Source: Bugula neritina
Taxonomy: Eukaryota > Animalia > Bryozoa
Length of the DNA stretch: 64,000 nucleotides
Direction of reading: 5' to 3'
Assembly (NCBI GenBank): GCA_964035545.1
Contig: OZ037765.1
Location: forward strand, 6,024,698 to 6,088,697
The notes below the pieces were generated by a model. That model made no database searches, had not been told where the DNA came from, and saw nothing but the letters and a program-made list of their open reading frames with translations. Shown in pieces: positions 1 to 13,173 of the stretch (the first letter of the stretch is position 1; each line of letters begins with the position of its first letter). The translations under genes were made by a program, and so were the position numbers.

Positions 1-12
1 ATTGTGTTTTAG

Positions 13-2238
13 CTCTGCCAGCGAGTATTGCTAATTTGGTCAACTTAGAAGTATTGAATCTCTTCAATAACCAGTTAGAGGTATGTGAAACAGTAGCTAA
101 ATACTCTTTACCTGAACAGCATGAATATGCTGATGTTGAATCTACTTTAATATAGCAAATATTTAATTACTATTTTACCTGTAAAAATATACATTAAAGG
201 TTACATCACTTTGCCTCAGCCTGTTGATTTTTGACTATTGAAAGCAAGACTTTCATCTATTGGTAAAATTTAAATATTGTTGTTGATTCTTTTCTGTCTA
301 CTTAATAGTAGCTTTCAAACCAAAGCGCTAGCAAAATATATTACATTTTAGTTTCTTGTTATTTCTAAAAATATGCACAAAACATTAGATTTATATTGAT
401 TAACTTTTGTTGTTATAGGAATTGCCCACATCCCTGAGTTCTATGCCGTGCTTAAAACGTTTGAATGTTGGGTAAGATGCAGATATATTGTCTTTAAAGC
501 AGCTAATGAATAGTTTACTGCTATTACTTGCCGTGGATTGCAACTACTAATATTTGTACCGCCATGTTCTATTCCAGCATGAATCGGTTAAACTCGCTAC
601 CCCGAGGTTTTGGTGGTTTTCTGGCTTTAGAAGTTCTTGATCTGACTTACAATAATCTCAATGAAAAGTCTCTTCCTGGTAACTTCTGCCAACTGGGTAA
701 GCTACAAGTGGTGTACATACTGTTTAGGTTGTCTCTGAAATCATATCCGGGTGTCTGGTTTTTACTGTAAGCTAATTTTATTCTGTCTACCTTGTAGAAA
801 CATTGAGAGCCTTGTATATGGCAGATAATGACTTTGAATATTTACCTACAGAAATTGGACAACTCCAAAATCTACAAATAGTGAGTTTATCTATATTTGT
901 ATTCCATTAGTAGGATATCGAGTTTTAATCTACGAATATCTTATAGATTCCTGATATAGCTGGCAGCAACAATGCCTAACTAAACATTAAAGTCACCATG
1001 CTAGCTTTTAGTTATTCGCATAGAATAAGAGTATTTGTTACAAGGTTGCGTTTGTACTCGAGTGGTATCAGATATTTGCATGCGGTGTGTTCAATAATAT
1101 CACAGATCTTTGTATTTACTCATGCAGCTGGTACTAAGGGACAACGAGCTTGTAGCACTGCCCAAAGAGATTGGGGACTTGATTCGTCTCAGAGAACTGC
1201 ACATTCAAGGCAACCGTCTCACTGTTCTTCCACCAGAGTTCGGTGGGTCACATCATCATGAGTGTAGACAGTCTCTCTTATCAATTCTGTTTACTTATTC
1301 TTGGTATCAGTAGTATCAGTAGTGTTTACTGTCTCTGCCATGTTGAAGCATTCTATTTGCTCTCTTTCACAGCCAATCTGGATCTGATGGGAACTAAAAA
1401 TGTATTCAAGTACGAGGGGAATCCTTGGGCTCCCCCAATAATGGAGCAGCTGAAAAAGGGACTCGCCAACATGTTTGATTATATAAAGTCTGACACTTAT
1501 AAATAGTGAGTTGATTAAACATTATATTTGGAGTGGCAATGTATGCTAGGTCAATCTAAGTCTGTCAATGTAGCACCTGAGCTCAGTGTAGACATGATGT
1601 TTAGCATTCGTATTCCGCTTTTGCAAAATCTAAGCCGAGATAACAAGTTTATCTGCATAGGTTTTATCACTGGCTCAATTGGCCATATGTAAGAAATATA
1701 ATTGACGGTGTCTAACTTCTAGAGCACTTGAATCAAATCCTTTAAATAATTTAGATTTTTATGGTTTTCAGGAGCTCAGGCTTGGCTCCAAGCTATTATT
1801 AGTATGAGCAGACAGTTCCTACCTAATAAAAATGTTAATGAAAAATCCCACAAGACCTGGTGATCAAAAGTCCAAGTTTATGTCTTGAATATTTTTTCAA
1901 ATATAGTATGTTGACAGGTTTATTTTTTTTAATTTTTCAAGTATGTTTATTGAGCAAATCATATTATTGTGATAAGGAGATTATAGATCTAGGCTATGTT
2001 GAACTGAGTTCCATAATATTTGACTGTTGATTCATTCATAAATACACATCTGAATGAAGCAATAATTGTGTTTTTAAATGTATACATCTTCTATAATTCC
2101 ATGAAACATAACACAGAAGTAATTTCAAATTATTTCAGTTTGTATGGCAGACGTATTGCTGCTGACGCACCGCCTCCTCCACGGTCACATGACAAGTCCA
2201 AGAAAGCTAGTAGGAAAGGGATGAAGGCTAAGAGTTAA
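13..2238 (+). CDS. RSU1: Ras suppressor protein 1 (LRR protein), 5' part lies upstream of the window
   Basis: GT-AG exons 13-80, 419-471, 578-696, 798-880, 1128-1242, 1373-1505, 2139-2238 splice in frame into LRR repeats (LPRGFGGFLALEVLDLTYNNLNEKSLPGNF; LRELHIQGNRLTVLPPE) and end YKYLYGRR...PPPRSHDKSKKASRK, typical of RSU1. Confidence 0.93.
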
Positions 2239-2626
2239 GACTTAATTAGTTGGGAAACTCATATTCATTGATATTATATCTTCCAGGCTTATACCTTGTA
2301 CTGTTTCTTGCAGGTAACTTAATAGACTGTAGATTTATTACATTACAATCAAATTCTTACTCATCTAAATCATGTCGGGAATGTACTTTTATAAGCTGTT
2401 GCTGCGCTTACTGCATAAACACAGTTTTTTGTATGCATATTTGATTATTCGTGTTGACATTTATTTATTCATTTTACTCAGCTCTAAATTTTATTTTTCT
2501 AGCAAATTGTAGTCATATTGCAAACATTTTTTGTATCAAAACTAAATTAGCATTATGAATAAATTATGTAATAAAAACTATATAGAAAATAGCAAAGAGT
2601 AAATTGTTGCATAGATTGTCCAATAT

Positions 2627-4823
2627 TTATAATGACGATGAGGGTGGTTGGCCCAGTAGCCCACTATCTGGTGCAGATTCCATTATAATCTTCTGTATTT
2701 CTCTGAACTTGGGGTGGGCTGCATCCTCCACAAAGCCCAGTATGACACTCTCACTTGTGGTTAGCTGTGCTCCAGCCTCACTCATAGCTTTCAGTGCAAA
2801 CATTCTGCAACCCAAGGCCATATTGTATTATCCCAATTGTCTGTTAGTAAATAGACATGTTACCTACTATCCACTACACCAGCAATAGCTACACCTGTGT
2901 GTACACATCACCAAGATGCCTGATAAGGAATGCTAATATGATCAAAGGTGAACACAGTATCTCTAACTACTGCAACACCACTAACATAGCAAACTTTCTA
3001 TTTAGATAAAACTCTACAAGTTTATATTACAACACATTGTCATTAGAAATAATTGTAATAGAGTGACTTGTGTATTAGAACAGCTTTCTACAATAATGAA
3101 TAATAAAGAAGGCTTCAGGTCATCATCTTACCTTCCATTTATCAGCCACAGAGAACTTATAATATAATATTATATACCATTACTTAACCAATCACGAGAC
3201 TGATTTACATACCGATCAACCATGCTGCGTGACGAAACAGCATCCACAACTACATGGGTGTGGATTCCTCTTTTAAGTAACTCAAATACTGTAGACTTTA
3301 CACAGACATGCCCCTCAATCCCACAAATCACAACATTTTCTACTCCTAAAATAGTTCATACGGTTTTGAAGGGACAAGTCCAAGACAAATGAATTTAGCT
3401 TAACCAAATCTAAACGTGGCAAACTTGTTTTTATCTAACAACATTTAATATAAGTAAAGTGACATTTCTACATGAGATGAGATGACTCAACACTAAATTC
3501 TCCTATAATATGATTCGTCAAAACATAATATTTTCTGATGTATTGCGTCAATAAAATATCTCACTATTAGTTATACATTTGCTCCAACAGTATACAAACT
3601 ACAGCATATTCATTGATGAGAAGCTGTATAAGATTCAGTGTCATCACATAATGAATTTTAAACATGGGCTTATCTAATATAAACTTAAATATGAAACAAT
3701 AAATGAATATACCATAATGAAAAGTGTAGATACCTTTAAATGATTTAAAATATTCCTCTACATCTGGTTGAAGCATGTTGAAGTTTGTCTTAGCAAAAAC
3801 TGGAAGTTCAGATATTTCTAATTCACTGCATGTCTTTCCCAATGCTGCAGCAAAAAAGAAAAGGCTACATTTTTTTTATCAGTTTAAAGTTACAATCATT
3901 TTGTTAACAATGTTTTCTGCTGCTTTTGTAGAAGTGAAAGCATTGATCACTCCTAAAAATAATTACAACTGCTTAAGAAAACATACAGAAATGTAAAATG
4001 ACAAGAACTTGTGGGACAAGAATTTCAAAAGGTTTACTATGGCTGGTAAAAAATGCTGCTATAATTTAGCAATTAGACTTCCTCTTTCATCCCATCAGTA
4101 GCTTATTGAACTCACAATTCATCCTTGTTTCAGAACTTGAAAGTGCTGCTAACTGAATTGGCACACATTTGTACCACACTCAGATAATCTATATTGAATT
4201 TTGTTTGCAGTGGCCTACTGACATGCAAAAGGTTAGTTCAAAAGCTCCACACATAACATAACATTCTGTACTATTATTAAAATATTTAGAAGTTTAACCA
4301 ACAATTCAAGTAACCAAGTCACAAATTGAAATAATGATAATATGTGCAATTAAATAAAGCAGCCAACATTATTTTTATTTTACAAAAAGTTTTGAGGTAG
4401 TATTTAAATGCAGAGTAGTTTACAAACTGACTAGACAAAATATCTAATTTGATACTGTATAAATGAAGTGTGTCAGATGTTCTTTAACATAATTGATAAT
4501 AATATAAATATTATTAACATTATTATTTAATTAATACTAATACTAATAGTAATACTAATACTAATACTAATAGTAATGCTAATTATAAATATAATCATAA
4601 TCATAATGGTAATATTCATATATTCAGTGAAGTTTAAATTACCTTTGGGATACTGTTCCGTAACTATGATAGGCATTTCTAAAACTTTAGCAGCTTGTAA
4701 TACTCGAGCAGAAGTTTGAAGGATTTGAGGATAGTATGAAATCATATTCCGAAACTTTTCTTGCATATCACAAAGAAATAATGCTGAATTCTTTGGTATG
4801 GCTTTAGCAAGTTTTCCTGCCAT
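2627..4823 (-). CDS. ISOC2: Isochorismatase domain-containing protein 2
   Basis: Exons 4823-4643, 3844-3734, 3345-3213, 2804-2627 in frame. Motifs [55 protein letters not shown]. The short N-terminus fits ISOC2 better than ISOC1. Confidence 0.88.
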
Positions 4824-5779
4824 TTCAATTTTAAATTGTTATGATCTAAAATAAAAAGAGCTTAAATGCTAAAAAAACAATGTCTAGTTAGTGAATGCAG
4901 CCTTCCACGTTCAGCTTGATTAAAATTTAGTAGCTAGGTTGAGTTTCTCCAGCTCGATCTACCATACTACTAGTACAGATATCAATCTTTCAGTGTGCCT
5001 GCAGACTTGTTGGTCGTAAATCGTTCGAAACAGCACTAAGTTGGGGGTGACTTTGGGTTTGGGAGTTTTGAGTTTGGAGTTGGTGCAACGATATATTATA
5101 TACAAATATTAGACTTAATCACTTTCAAATTAGTGCTGTTTCTAGCTATATACTTGCTAAGAATGCACAATCTAGACTTAGCTCAATTAGATTTATATTT
5201 TAATATCATTATTTCGTATGATAAATTCAAATTACAAACGCTACGTGCAATCATCTTTTCTTAGCCTTAGACTGACATTTTTTGTGGGCGTGTTTAGAAA
5301 CATTTGTCGTATTATTTGTTGACCAGATGTCAATTTCTGCTGTCTTCAAATAAATTATAGTGTATAAAAAATCACTGCAATAATTAAAAAGTATACTATT
5401 TTATACAGTGAACTCAATAATAATATTATGGTCTTTTCCAGCTCAGTGATTTTATACGTCTTGAAGTTGTAGCTGTAGCTAGAGGTCTGCCATAATTTTA
5501 ACGATATATGAAATTATTATTCAGCTAGATGTCATTGTACTAATCGATAGATTCCGTCAACTGTTACACAGCGGTTCCATTTCTGTTTTCGAAACTTTAT
5601 TGAAAATTCAGCATTTGCAATTCAATTTTAATTATGTTTTACTTTTAGTTTTATTAACTTTTATATTATTACAATCATTATGATTCGTGATTGCTAGGGC
5701 TATTAACAAATATATTATTATAATTATGGAAAAAAATTGATGACAACGTTGCAATAATTACAGTTAGTGCTATCAGTAC

Positions 5780-6230
5780 CAGACTCATCGGCCATGGCCA
5801 TGCTCAAAGTCAATCGATATCATCATCATGCTCATGCTGTGACACTCACACTGACAGTGGACTGTGGAGTGATACTCATAATCATACTGATAAGCCTAAA
5901 GTTCAATTAGTAAAGAGTAAAGTAATACTTATACAGTATATCAAGTCTAATTCTAATACTAATAGTAATACTAAGTCTAATACTAATAGTAATAGTAATA
6001 GTAATAGTAATAGTAATACTAATACTTATAGTTATAGTAATCATTATGATTATTCAGTATTCACATTGACATTGTCATTGACTCATTATCATTACGATAA
6101 CTATTGTGATATTCATATTGATAAACTCATAATTATAGTCATAGTGTCACTGTCAGACTCAGTGATACTGATGCTATTATTTATACTTGTATTCATAATG
6201 ATACTCATAGTCATAGTCAGATTGAGATTA
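5780..6230. repeat. Degenerate hexamer-periodic low-complexity tract (AATAGT/AATACT/CATAGT/GATACT units) between the divergent ISOC2 and RAE1 starts
   Basis: Visible 6-nt periodicity, purest at about 5945-6035. Similar tracts at about 4528-4620, 17140-17240, 38255-38355, 45833-45985, 53400-53810, 59255-59340 and 60515-61020. Confidence 0.75.
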
Positions 6231-7147
6231 TTAAACTTAGGTTAACACTATGACAGTAACAGAATTGATTTTAAGTTTCACTAAAATAGTTGCTGACTCA
6301 ATTACTTAAACTTCCTCAACTAGTCAACTTGCTAAAGTCATCGACTTCACTTGGCACCATCTACTTCTACTTCTAGTTGGACTAGTCATTACTCATTGAA
6401 ATTTAAAAAGCAGTTTAATGATGACAAAGCTTTGTCTAATTTTTATTACAATCTGTTTAAATCATTATTGTTCAACAAATTTATTTTATTGCATACTACA
6501 AATGCTACAAACCAATTTGAGCACTTATGAGCTTTGATTTGCCTAAATTTCAATTGCATATTCAAGTCAAGTAAGTTAGTTGAACAACTCAAATTAAGTC
6601 TATTATTTTAGTAAGTTAAGTTGCACCAAAGACTAGATATGAGAAGTGTTTCAATTTATGGGACTAAAACCTGGCACTGATTATTATTAAAATTTCTACC
6701 TGTGTAATATCACAATTCTGAAAAATACATTTTTACACAATACTAATAGTTTATGAGATTTATATATGCTAGCCTACAAATACATTCTGTCTATATATGC
6801 TGCTGTAAAAACAGGATTATTTCTTATTGGCAACTTCAATAGAAATAGTTTTGAAAGTGTACACCCAGTACATCACATGTAGAACATTACGGCCATGAGC
6901 TGGGTTTTTTAAGCCATAATGGTATCTGAGATTATTTTTCTGCTTGCCGGCTTAGCTTTTCTTAAGCCCACCTTAACATATTTTTTACAATTTGTTAAAA
7001 CTGAAGAACATTAGTTCAGTTCGAAAGTCAACAGGTGGCTGTCCTTTACTTTTTAAAAGTTTAAAGACTTTTGTGTTGTTTTACTGAACTACAATGCTAT
7101 TCATATTTGCTAGTACTCTGTGTATTATATTTGTAGTAAGCTACACA

Positions 7148-10100
7148 ATGTTTTCCGGTAGCTCCAGCGGCACAGGTTTTAATACAAGTTCAGTGTACAC
7201 GTGGTCTACAGGCAATGCTAACCCTAACAAGGACATTGTAGTAGCTTCTCCACCAGAAGATAGTATTAGCTCTTTAGCATGGAGCCCAACTGGCATGTTT
7301 TTGTGTGCTGGAAGTTGGAATAACACAGTAAGTTTTGTAGTAAAAAATGCAATTAAGTCAATGCAGGTTAGTTACTATTATTTCATTATGATATTTGTTT
7401 AATTATATTTATTTATTTTCTATTATATTCATTTTTTCTTTGTTATAGGTGCGTTGTTGGGAAGTTCAACAGACTGGTCAAACAGTGCCTAAGGCTGAGC
7501 AATCACATACGCACCCCATTTTGGATGTTGCTTGGAGTGACGTAAGCTAGACAAAATTACTACCTCAGAATCTTAATAAACATCAAAATGTAATCTTGAT
7601 TTTCAATGTCTATTAAGTTTGTTTTGAATTTTAGGATGGAACAAAAATTTTCACAGCCTCGTGCGATAAAACTGCTAAAATGTGGGACCTGGCCACGAAT
7701 CAAGCCACGCAGATAGCACAGCATGATGCTCCTATAAAGGCTGTACACTGGATCAAAGCACCCACTTACTCCTGTGTTATGACAGCTAGCTGGGACAAAA
7801 CTCTCAAAGTATGCTATTTATAGTTTCATATTATATACAGTCTATGGCTCTCAATATACTGATGGCTTTTATGACTGATTTGTTTCTGGAAATTCACAAA
7901 TTGTTGATACAATATTTGATTTTGCACTCCTAATTTTTATTGTCCAAGGGTCATGTGCAATTCATGTATATGTACTTGTGATCTACATGATCATGAAAAT
8001 AACTGGAAAGTATTTCTATGCATTTCTGTTGCCTGATTCACTTCTCAGCGTCAGTGATTATTCTATAGTTTTGGGACACGCGGACACCCACCCCTATGGC
8101 ATCTCTGAACTTGCCTGAAAGGGCATTCTGTGTTGATGTGGTGAGTAATACAAGTTGTTCCAGTTTCTGAATATCTTATGTTTATATTTTTAGATACTTT
8201 GCAAAAATAAGCCCTAAACAATTTATGAATACATTTTATTGCCATGTTATGGAAATAAAGCAGTTCCTTGCCACCTTCGACTTTTGAAATGAATACATTT
8301 GTTTATGATTAAAGTTGAAATAACAGTCGCGTATAAGTTGTATTTAAATTAATCCCATTACTATACACTCTATTGTTTAGTACAATGATGAACTGGTAAC
8401 TTCAGTATCATGCTAATATCGTAATATTTGGTTGTACAGAGTATACAGCATTTTAATTTACTCATTTATAATATAGCATTAAAGACATTATTTTATTGAC
8501 TTTTTGAAACCGTATATAATATAAATGTTTTCTAATTGGTTATATTATAATTAATTGAGTCAGTGGTATTCGCACAGAGCATGTATTATATTGTTAGGTT
8601 TATCCGATGGCAGTGGTTGGGACAGCAAACAAACAAGTTATAATATATCAACTGGACGGTCAGCCTCGCGAGTTTAGGACTATGGAATCTCCACTCAAAT
8701 TTCAAGTATGTGCAGCCTTTTCATTATATAATGTTGTTTTCCTATTATTTTAGGAAAGAGTTGTGTCTTTAGGGTATAGAAACTTGGCTTGATATGAATC
8801 AAAACAGCATTAGAAATTTAGCTTGCAGTAAATTCACCTTTTTCTTCTGGATATGGATCACTAGTTCTCATTCGGTTCCCTAAGTTATTAGAGTTTATTG
8901 CTGTACGTGCAGTGTGTAGGTATTAACTAGTTTCTAAAGTTCACATTATGTCAATGGATTTGTCAGTATCATGTAGTCGACCAATGGGAACAGTATCATG
9001 TAGTTGACCAATGGGAACAGTGTCATGTAGCAAATTCCAAGGTGGTGTAAATGGAGTGGAAGCACTGGGAGGCATTAACTAAAACTAAATGAATGTCAGT
9101 CATATTTGTTTACATTAAATGGCGACAAGATAGATTGCTTTCAATGGCTGATTAATTTGGACTTTTCTCTTTTGAGAGACGAACACTTCGTATGGATTGA
9201 CTATAAGAACTCAGTTTTATTCAATGTGACTTGAACAAGACTTCATTGTAGTGATCAACAGCTATTTGTAATTATGTATATGCACTAAAGTTTATGAGCA
9301 TATTACCACCCACTAGTGCCTTGTGCAAACATATGCAGTGTCATCTTAATAATGAACACAACTAAGTGAATTGCAGATGGCTGTCTGCCTTTTAACCAAG
9401 TACTATTAAAAAGTCTTGACTCTTTGATGTTTAATCATAGGGTCACTGAGATCTAAGAAAATAAGTGCCGGTTTTGTTATTGATTTGTATTGTTCCAAGA
9501 GCTTCCTGCTGTTATGTTTTAGCATAGAGTTGTTTCAATCTTCAAAGACAAAAAGACGAATATGCCTGCCGGGTTTGCCCTGGGTGGCATTGAAGGCAGG
9601 GTTGCCATACACTATGTTAATACCTCCAACCCTAAGGATAACTTCTCATTCAAGTGCCACCGCTCTACGCCCGCCACAGCTGGAGCTGTTCAAGATATCT
9701 TTGCCGTGAGTTTTTTGTCTGGGATTTCCGCTACACTAATTCTTTTCATCATGAAATGAATAAATGTTGTGTTAGGCCTCAGCTGTTTTTCTTGAATTCA
9801 TACATGTTGTACTGTTTGTAGGTAAATGACATAGCATTTCACCCTGTGCACGGAACTTTAGCCACAGTGGGTTCTGATGGACGATTCAACTTCTGGGACA
9901 AAGATGTCCGCACAAAGTTGAAAACATCCGAGCAGCTCAATCAGCCAATTACAGCTTGCTCATTTGATTCTACTGGGAAAATATTTGCCTACGCTGGCTC
10001 ATATGATTGGTCTCAGGCATGTTTGTATTGTGATTTTAAAATACAGAAGTTATTTGCATTTAAATAATAATAGTATATAAAACATACTATATACAAACTC

Positions 10101-10365
10101 ATGCAAGTTTATAGTCACTATCCATGTGAGAACCCCGGATGGAAAGGTTTTTTTTAAAGCGGCTAAGGACTTATTCACATCCACACTGCTACACCAATAG
10201 GTGCTGTAAAAGTTCAACCCTCCTTCCAATGTGTTCTTTCTTTTTCTATTAAGGAGGTCTTTTATATTGCAGGGCCATGAGGGATATAATCAACAGCAAA
10301 TGAAACCAGCCATCTATTTACGTGACTGCTTTGATGAACTGAAGCAGAATCAAAACAAGAAGTGA
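7148..10365 (+). CDS. RAE1: mRNA export factor Rae1/Gle2 (WD40)
   Basis: Exons 7148-7327, 7449-7541, 7635-7808, 8069-8140, 8598-8705, 9523-9705, 9822-10016, 10273-10365. Motifs [69 protein letters not shown]. The last intron needs a GC donor. Confidence 0.95.
8964..9030. repeat. 27-bp tandem repeat, about 2.5 copies, in a RAE1 intron
   Basis: CAGTATCATGTAGTYGACCAATGGGAA at 8964 and 8991, partial copy at 9018. Confidence 0.85.
10095..10180 (-). mobile_element. 3' fragment of the tRNA-derived SINE family, in the last RAE1 intron
   Basis: AAACTCA..CAAGTTTATAGTCACTATCC...GGCTAAGGACTTATTCA matches about 62494-62580, which is the reverse complement of the SINE at 61049. Confidence 0.75.
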
Positions 10366-11092
10366 TTACTATTTTAGTTTTGGGATTTAATGTAAATATG
10401 TGTAGAAATAACATTAATTTTACAAGCATGTGAGTAATTTAGGAGTTCTGCTAATAGTACCTCTTGTACAATTTTATATCTGTGTAATGCAGTGTCAAGA
10501 AATTTGTTGTTAATATTTTTATAGATTTTCTAATATATGTATTACTTTCTCTTCAGAAGATGAGCAATAGAGATCTAGCCCATCATCATTGTTATTAAGC
10601 TGAACTGTACAAGAACTGTAATCTGTCCTTTTCTCTCATAAGTCAATACATGCCAACAGTGAATTTTATAATAATAATTTGTAATGGGTCTGCAATTTAG
10701 TGTTGAGTAAACTTAGCAAAGGAAATTTTGATTCATAGATCAAATTCTTTGTCATCCCAATGTCAAAACCAATGGTCTATTCAGAGTGTAAATATTGGAG
10801 TATAACTGTGTGCTCATATAATGTTATAAATGCTCCTCTCTGGCTGTTTGATTTATGTGATAACCAAATTTGTCAATCCGCTGTAGCTTTAGGGTTTAGA
10901 TCACATCAACATTCAGTAAAATACATCAGGCTGGATTATGAAGTAAGGAAAAATCTATCATAACTCTGAACACCAATTTCTTGCACCAAAACATTTGTAT
11001 AATTTGATATTTCAGGTTACTTAGTGCATTATTGAAGAATTAATGATGCTACAGAAAAATGAGATTGTGCCATAAGGTCAAGGTCAACTAAT

Positions 11093-13173
11093 AGACGATG
11101 TAAATTTGGTACATTTAGTACCTTGTACCAACTCTAGAATACTCACCACTATAACTTATATAAACTTCTGCAAGTTCAAATGCAAAATGCATACTTTTAG
11201 AAAATAGCTGTGCAACTTTTATTACATGCATTATTTTATTTCATATCTTAAACTTATGAACCATGAGTTCATTTTTCAAAATGTTTAAATTAAGTGTTCA
11301 AAAAATGCAATTAAAATTTTTATTCTTGCACAAATACCCTGGTGCAGTTTGACCACAACCCCAGCTGTTTTGGCAAACACATTTAATGGTTTTTTTAATG
11401 ACATAGTGGTGAATGAGCTGGTTGTTTTTGGCAGTTGGGTAGACTTGAAGCTTGGCAGCTTTTAAACAATTCTGATTATCAGGATTTTACACGATAAGTT
11501 GATGTTTGTATCTGATTGGCCTAATAATGCATTTGCATTTGAAAATGTAGAGTTTTATTTAAGCTATAATGGTGATATTTTAGAGTTGGCACACACCCCT
11601 TTTGGGTTGAGTTTTATAGTCTGTTCCTGCTGTAGTCATCTACAACAACAGTGTATAGGGAAATTATTAGTATTACGAAATCTGTTTTGGCTTACTTTGC
11701 TATGCCAGTATTCTGACTTAGTTTGTAATCAACTATGTTGGCAGTTAAAACTGAGGGTGATTTCATCAAAGGTGGACATTGCTGAGGCCTTAGAACATCA
11801 AATCAACCAGTGCTATTACTTGGTTTTATTGTAAAGCAGTAGTGAGAGCATAGCACACTATCACAGTCACTGAGCTGCAATGACAGTGGCTACACCAAAC
11901 TCGTCAGTTCTATTATATTATCTTATGTAAGGCACGTCAAAACAATATAGACCCACATGCAAGGCACTACATGCTAATACTCATTTTTATACAAAATTTC
12001 TACATTATCTATTGCTAATAGCTGTGCATTTAAATCCAATGCAGATGAATATGTGACAGAGTAAAAAGCTACTGTTTTACAAATTTAAAATAAAATAATA
12101 GTGCGGGTATACACAAGCAAATAATTTATAGTTAGCGTAGGCTAATGCATTTGTAATGTGCATGTTAAACAACTTTTTTATAATTTATTACATTAGACTA
12201 TGAGAATGTATTTAGTAGTATGCATTGATTTAAAACTAAATCATGAAATGATTATCATTATTGCAACCTCTGTGCTTGGTAGACAGGATAGAGAGGGGTG
12301 GTGTGACTGCTGTAACTGTGCTACTGCTCTACATACTAACAGAGACTAGGCTAGTGTTTTGACGTGCCTTACATACTGTCATTGCAGCTCAGTGACTGTG
12401 ATAGTGTGCTATGCTCTCACTACTGCTTTACAATACAACCAAGTAACAGCACTGGTTGATTTGATGTTCTAAGGCCTCAGCAATGTCTACCTTTGATGAA
12501 ATCACCCTCAGTTTTAACTGCCAACATAGTTGATTATAACAAAACTAAGTCAGAATACTGGCATAGCAAAGTAAGCCAAAACAGATTTCGTAATACTAAT
12601 AATTTCCCTATACACTGTTGTTGTAGATGACTACAGCAGGAACAGACTATAAAACTCAACCCAAAAGGGGTGTGTGCCAACTCTAAAATATCACCATTAT
12701 AGCTTAAATAAAACTCTACATTTTCACATGCAAATGCATTATTAGGCCAATCAGATACAAACATCAACTTATCGTGTAAAATCCTGCCAATCAGAATTGT
12801 TTAAAAGCTGCCAAGCTTCAAGTCTACCCAACTGCCAAAAACAACCAGCTCATTCACCACTATGTCAATAAAAAAACCATTAAATGTGTTTGCCAAAACA
12901 GCTGGGGTTGTGGTCAAACTGCACCAGGGTATTTGTGCAAGAATAAAAATTTTAATTGCATTTTTTGAGCACTTAATTTAAACATTTTGAAAAATGAACT
13001 CATGGTTCATAAATTTAAGATATGAAATAAAATAATGCATGTAATAAAAGTTGCACAGCTATTTTCTAAAAGTATGCATTTTGCATTTGAACTTGCAGAA
13101 GTTTATATAAGTTTTAGTGGTGAGTATTCTAGAGTTGGTACAAGGTACTAAATGTACCAACTTTACATCGTCT
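11093..13173. mobile_element. Non-autonomous foldback DNA transposon with ~820-850-bp terminal inverted repeats, AT on both flanks (ISL2EU/PHIS-like, tentative)
   Basis: 11093-~11944 is the near-perfect reverse complement of ~12355-13173; the left arm has a ~37-nt extra segment and the spacer is ~410 bp. Termini AT|AGACG...CGTCT|AT. No transposase ORF seen. Confidence 0.85.

Noticed and set aside
11499-12767. Twin ORFs MMFVSDWPNN... on opposite strands
   Set aside because: Duplicated only because they lie in the inverted arms; no transposase motifs, and one copy is truncated.
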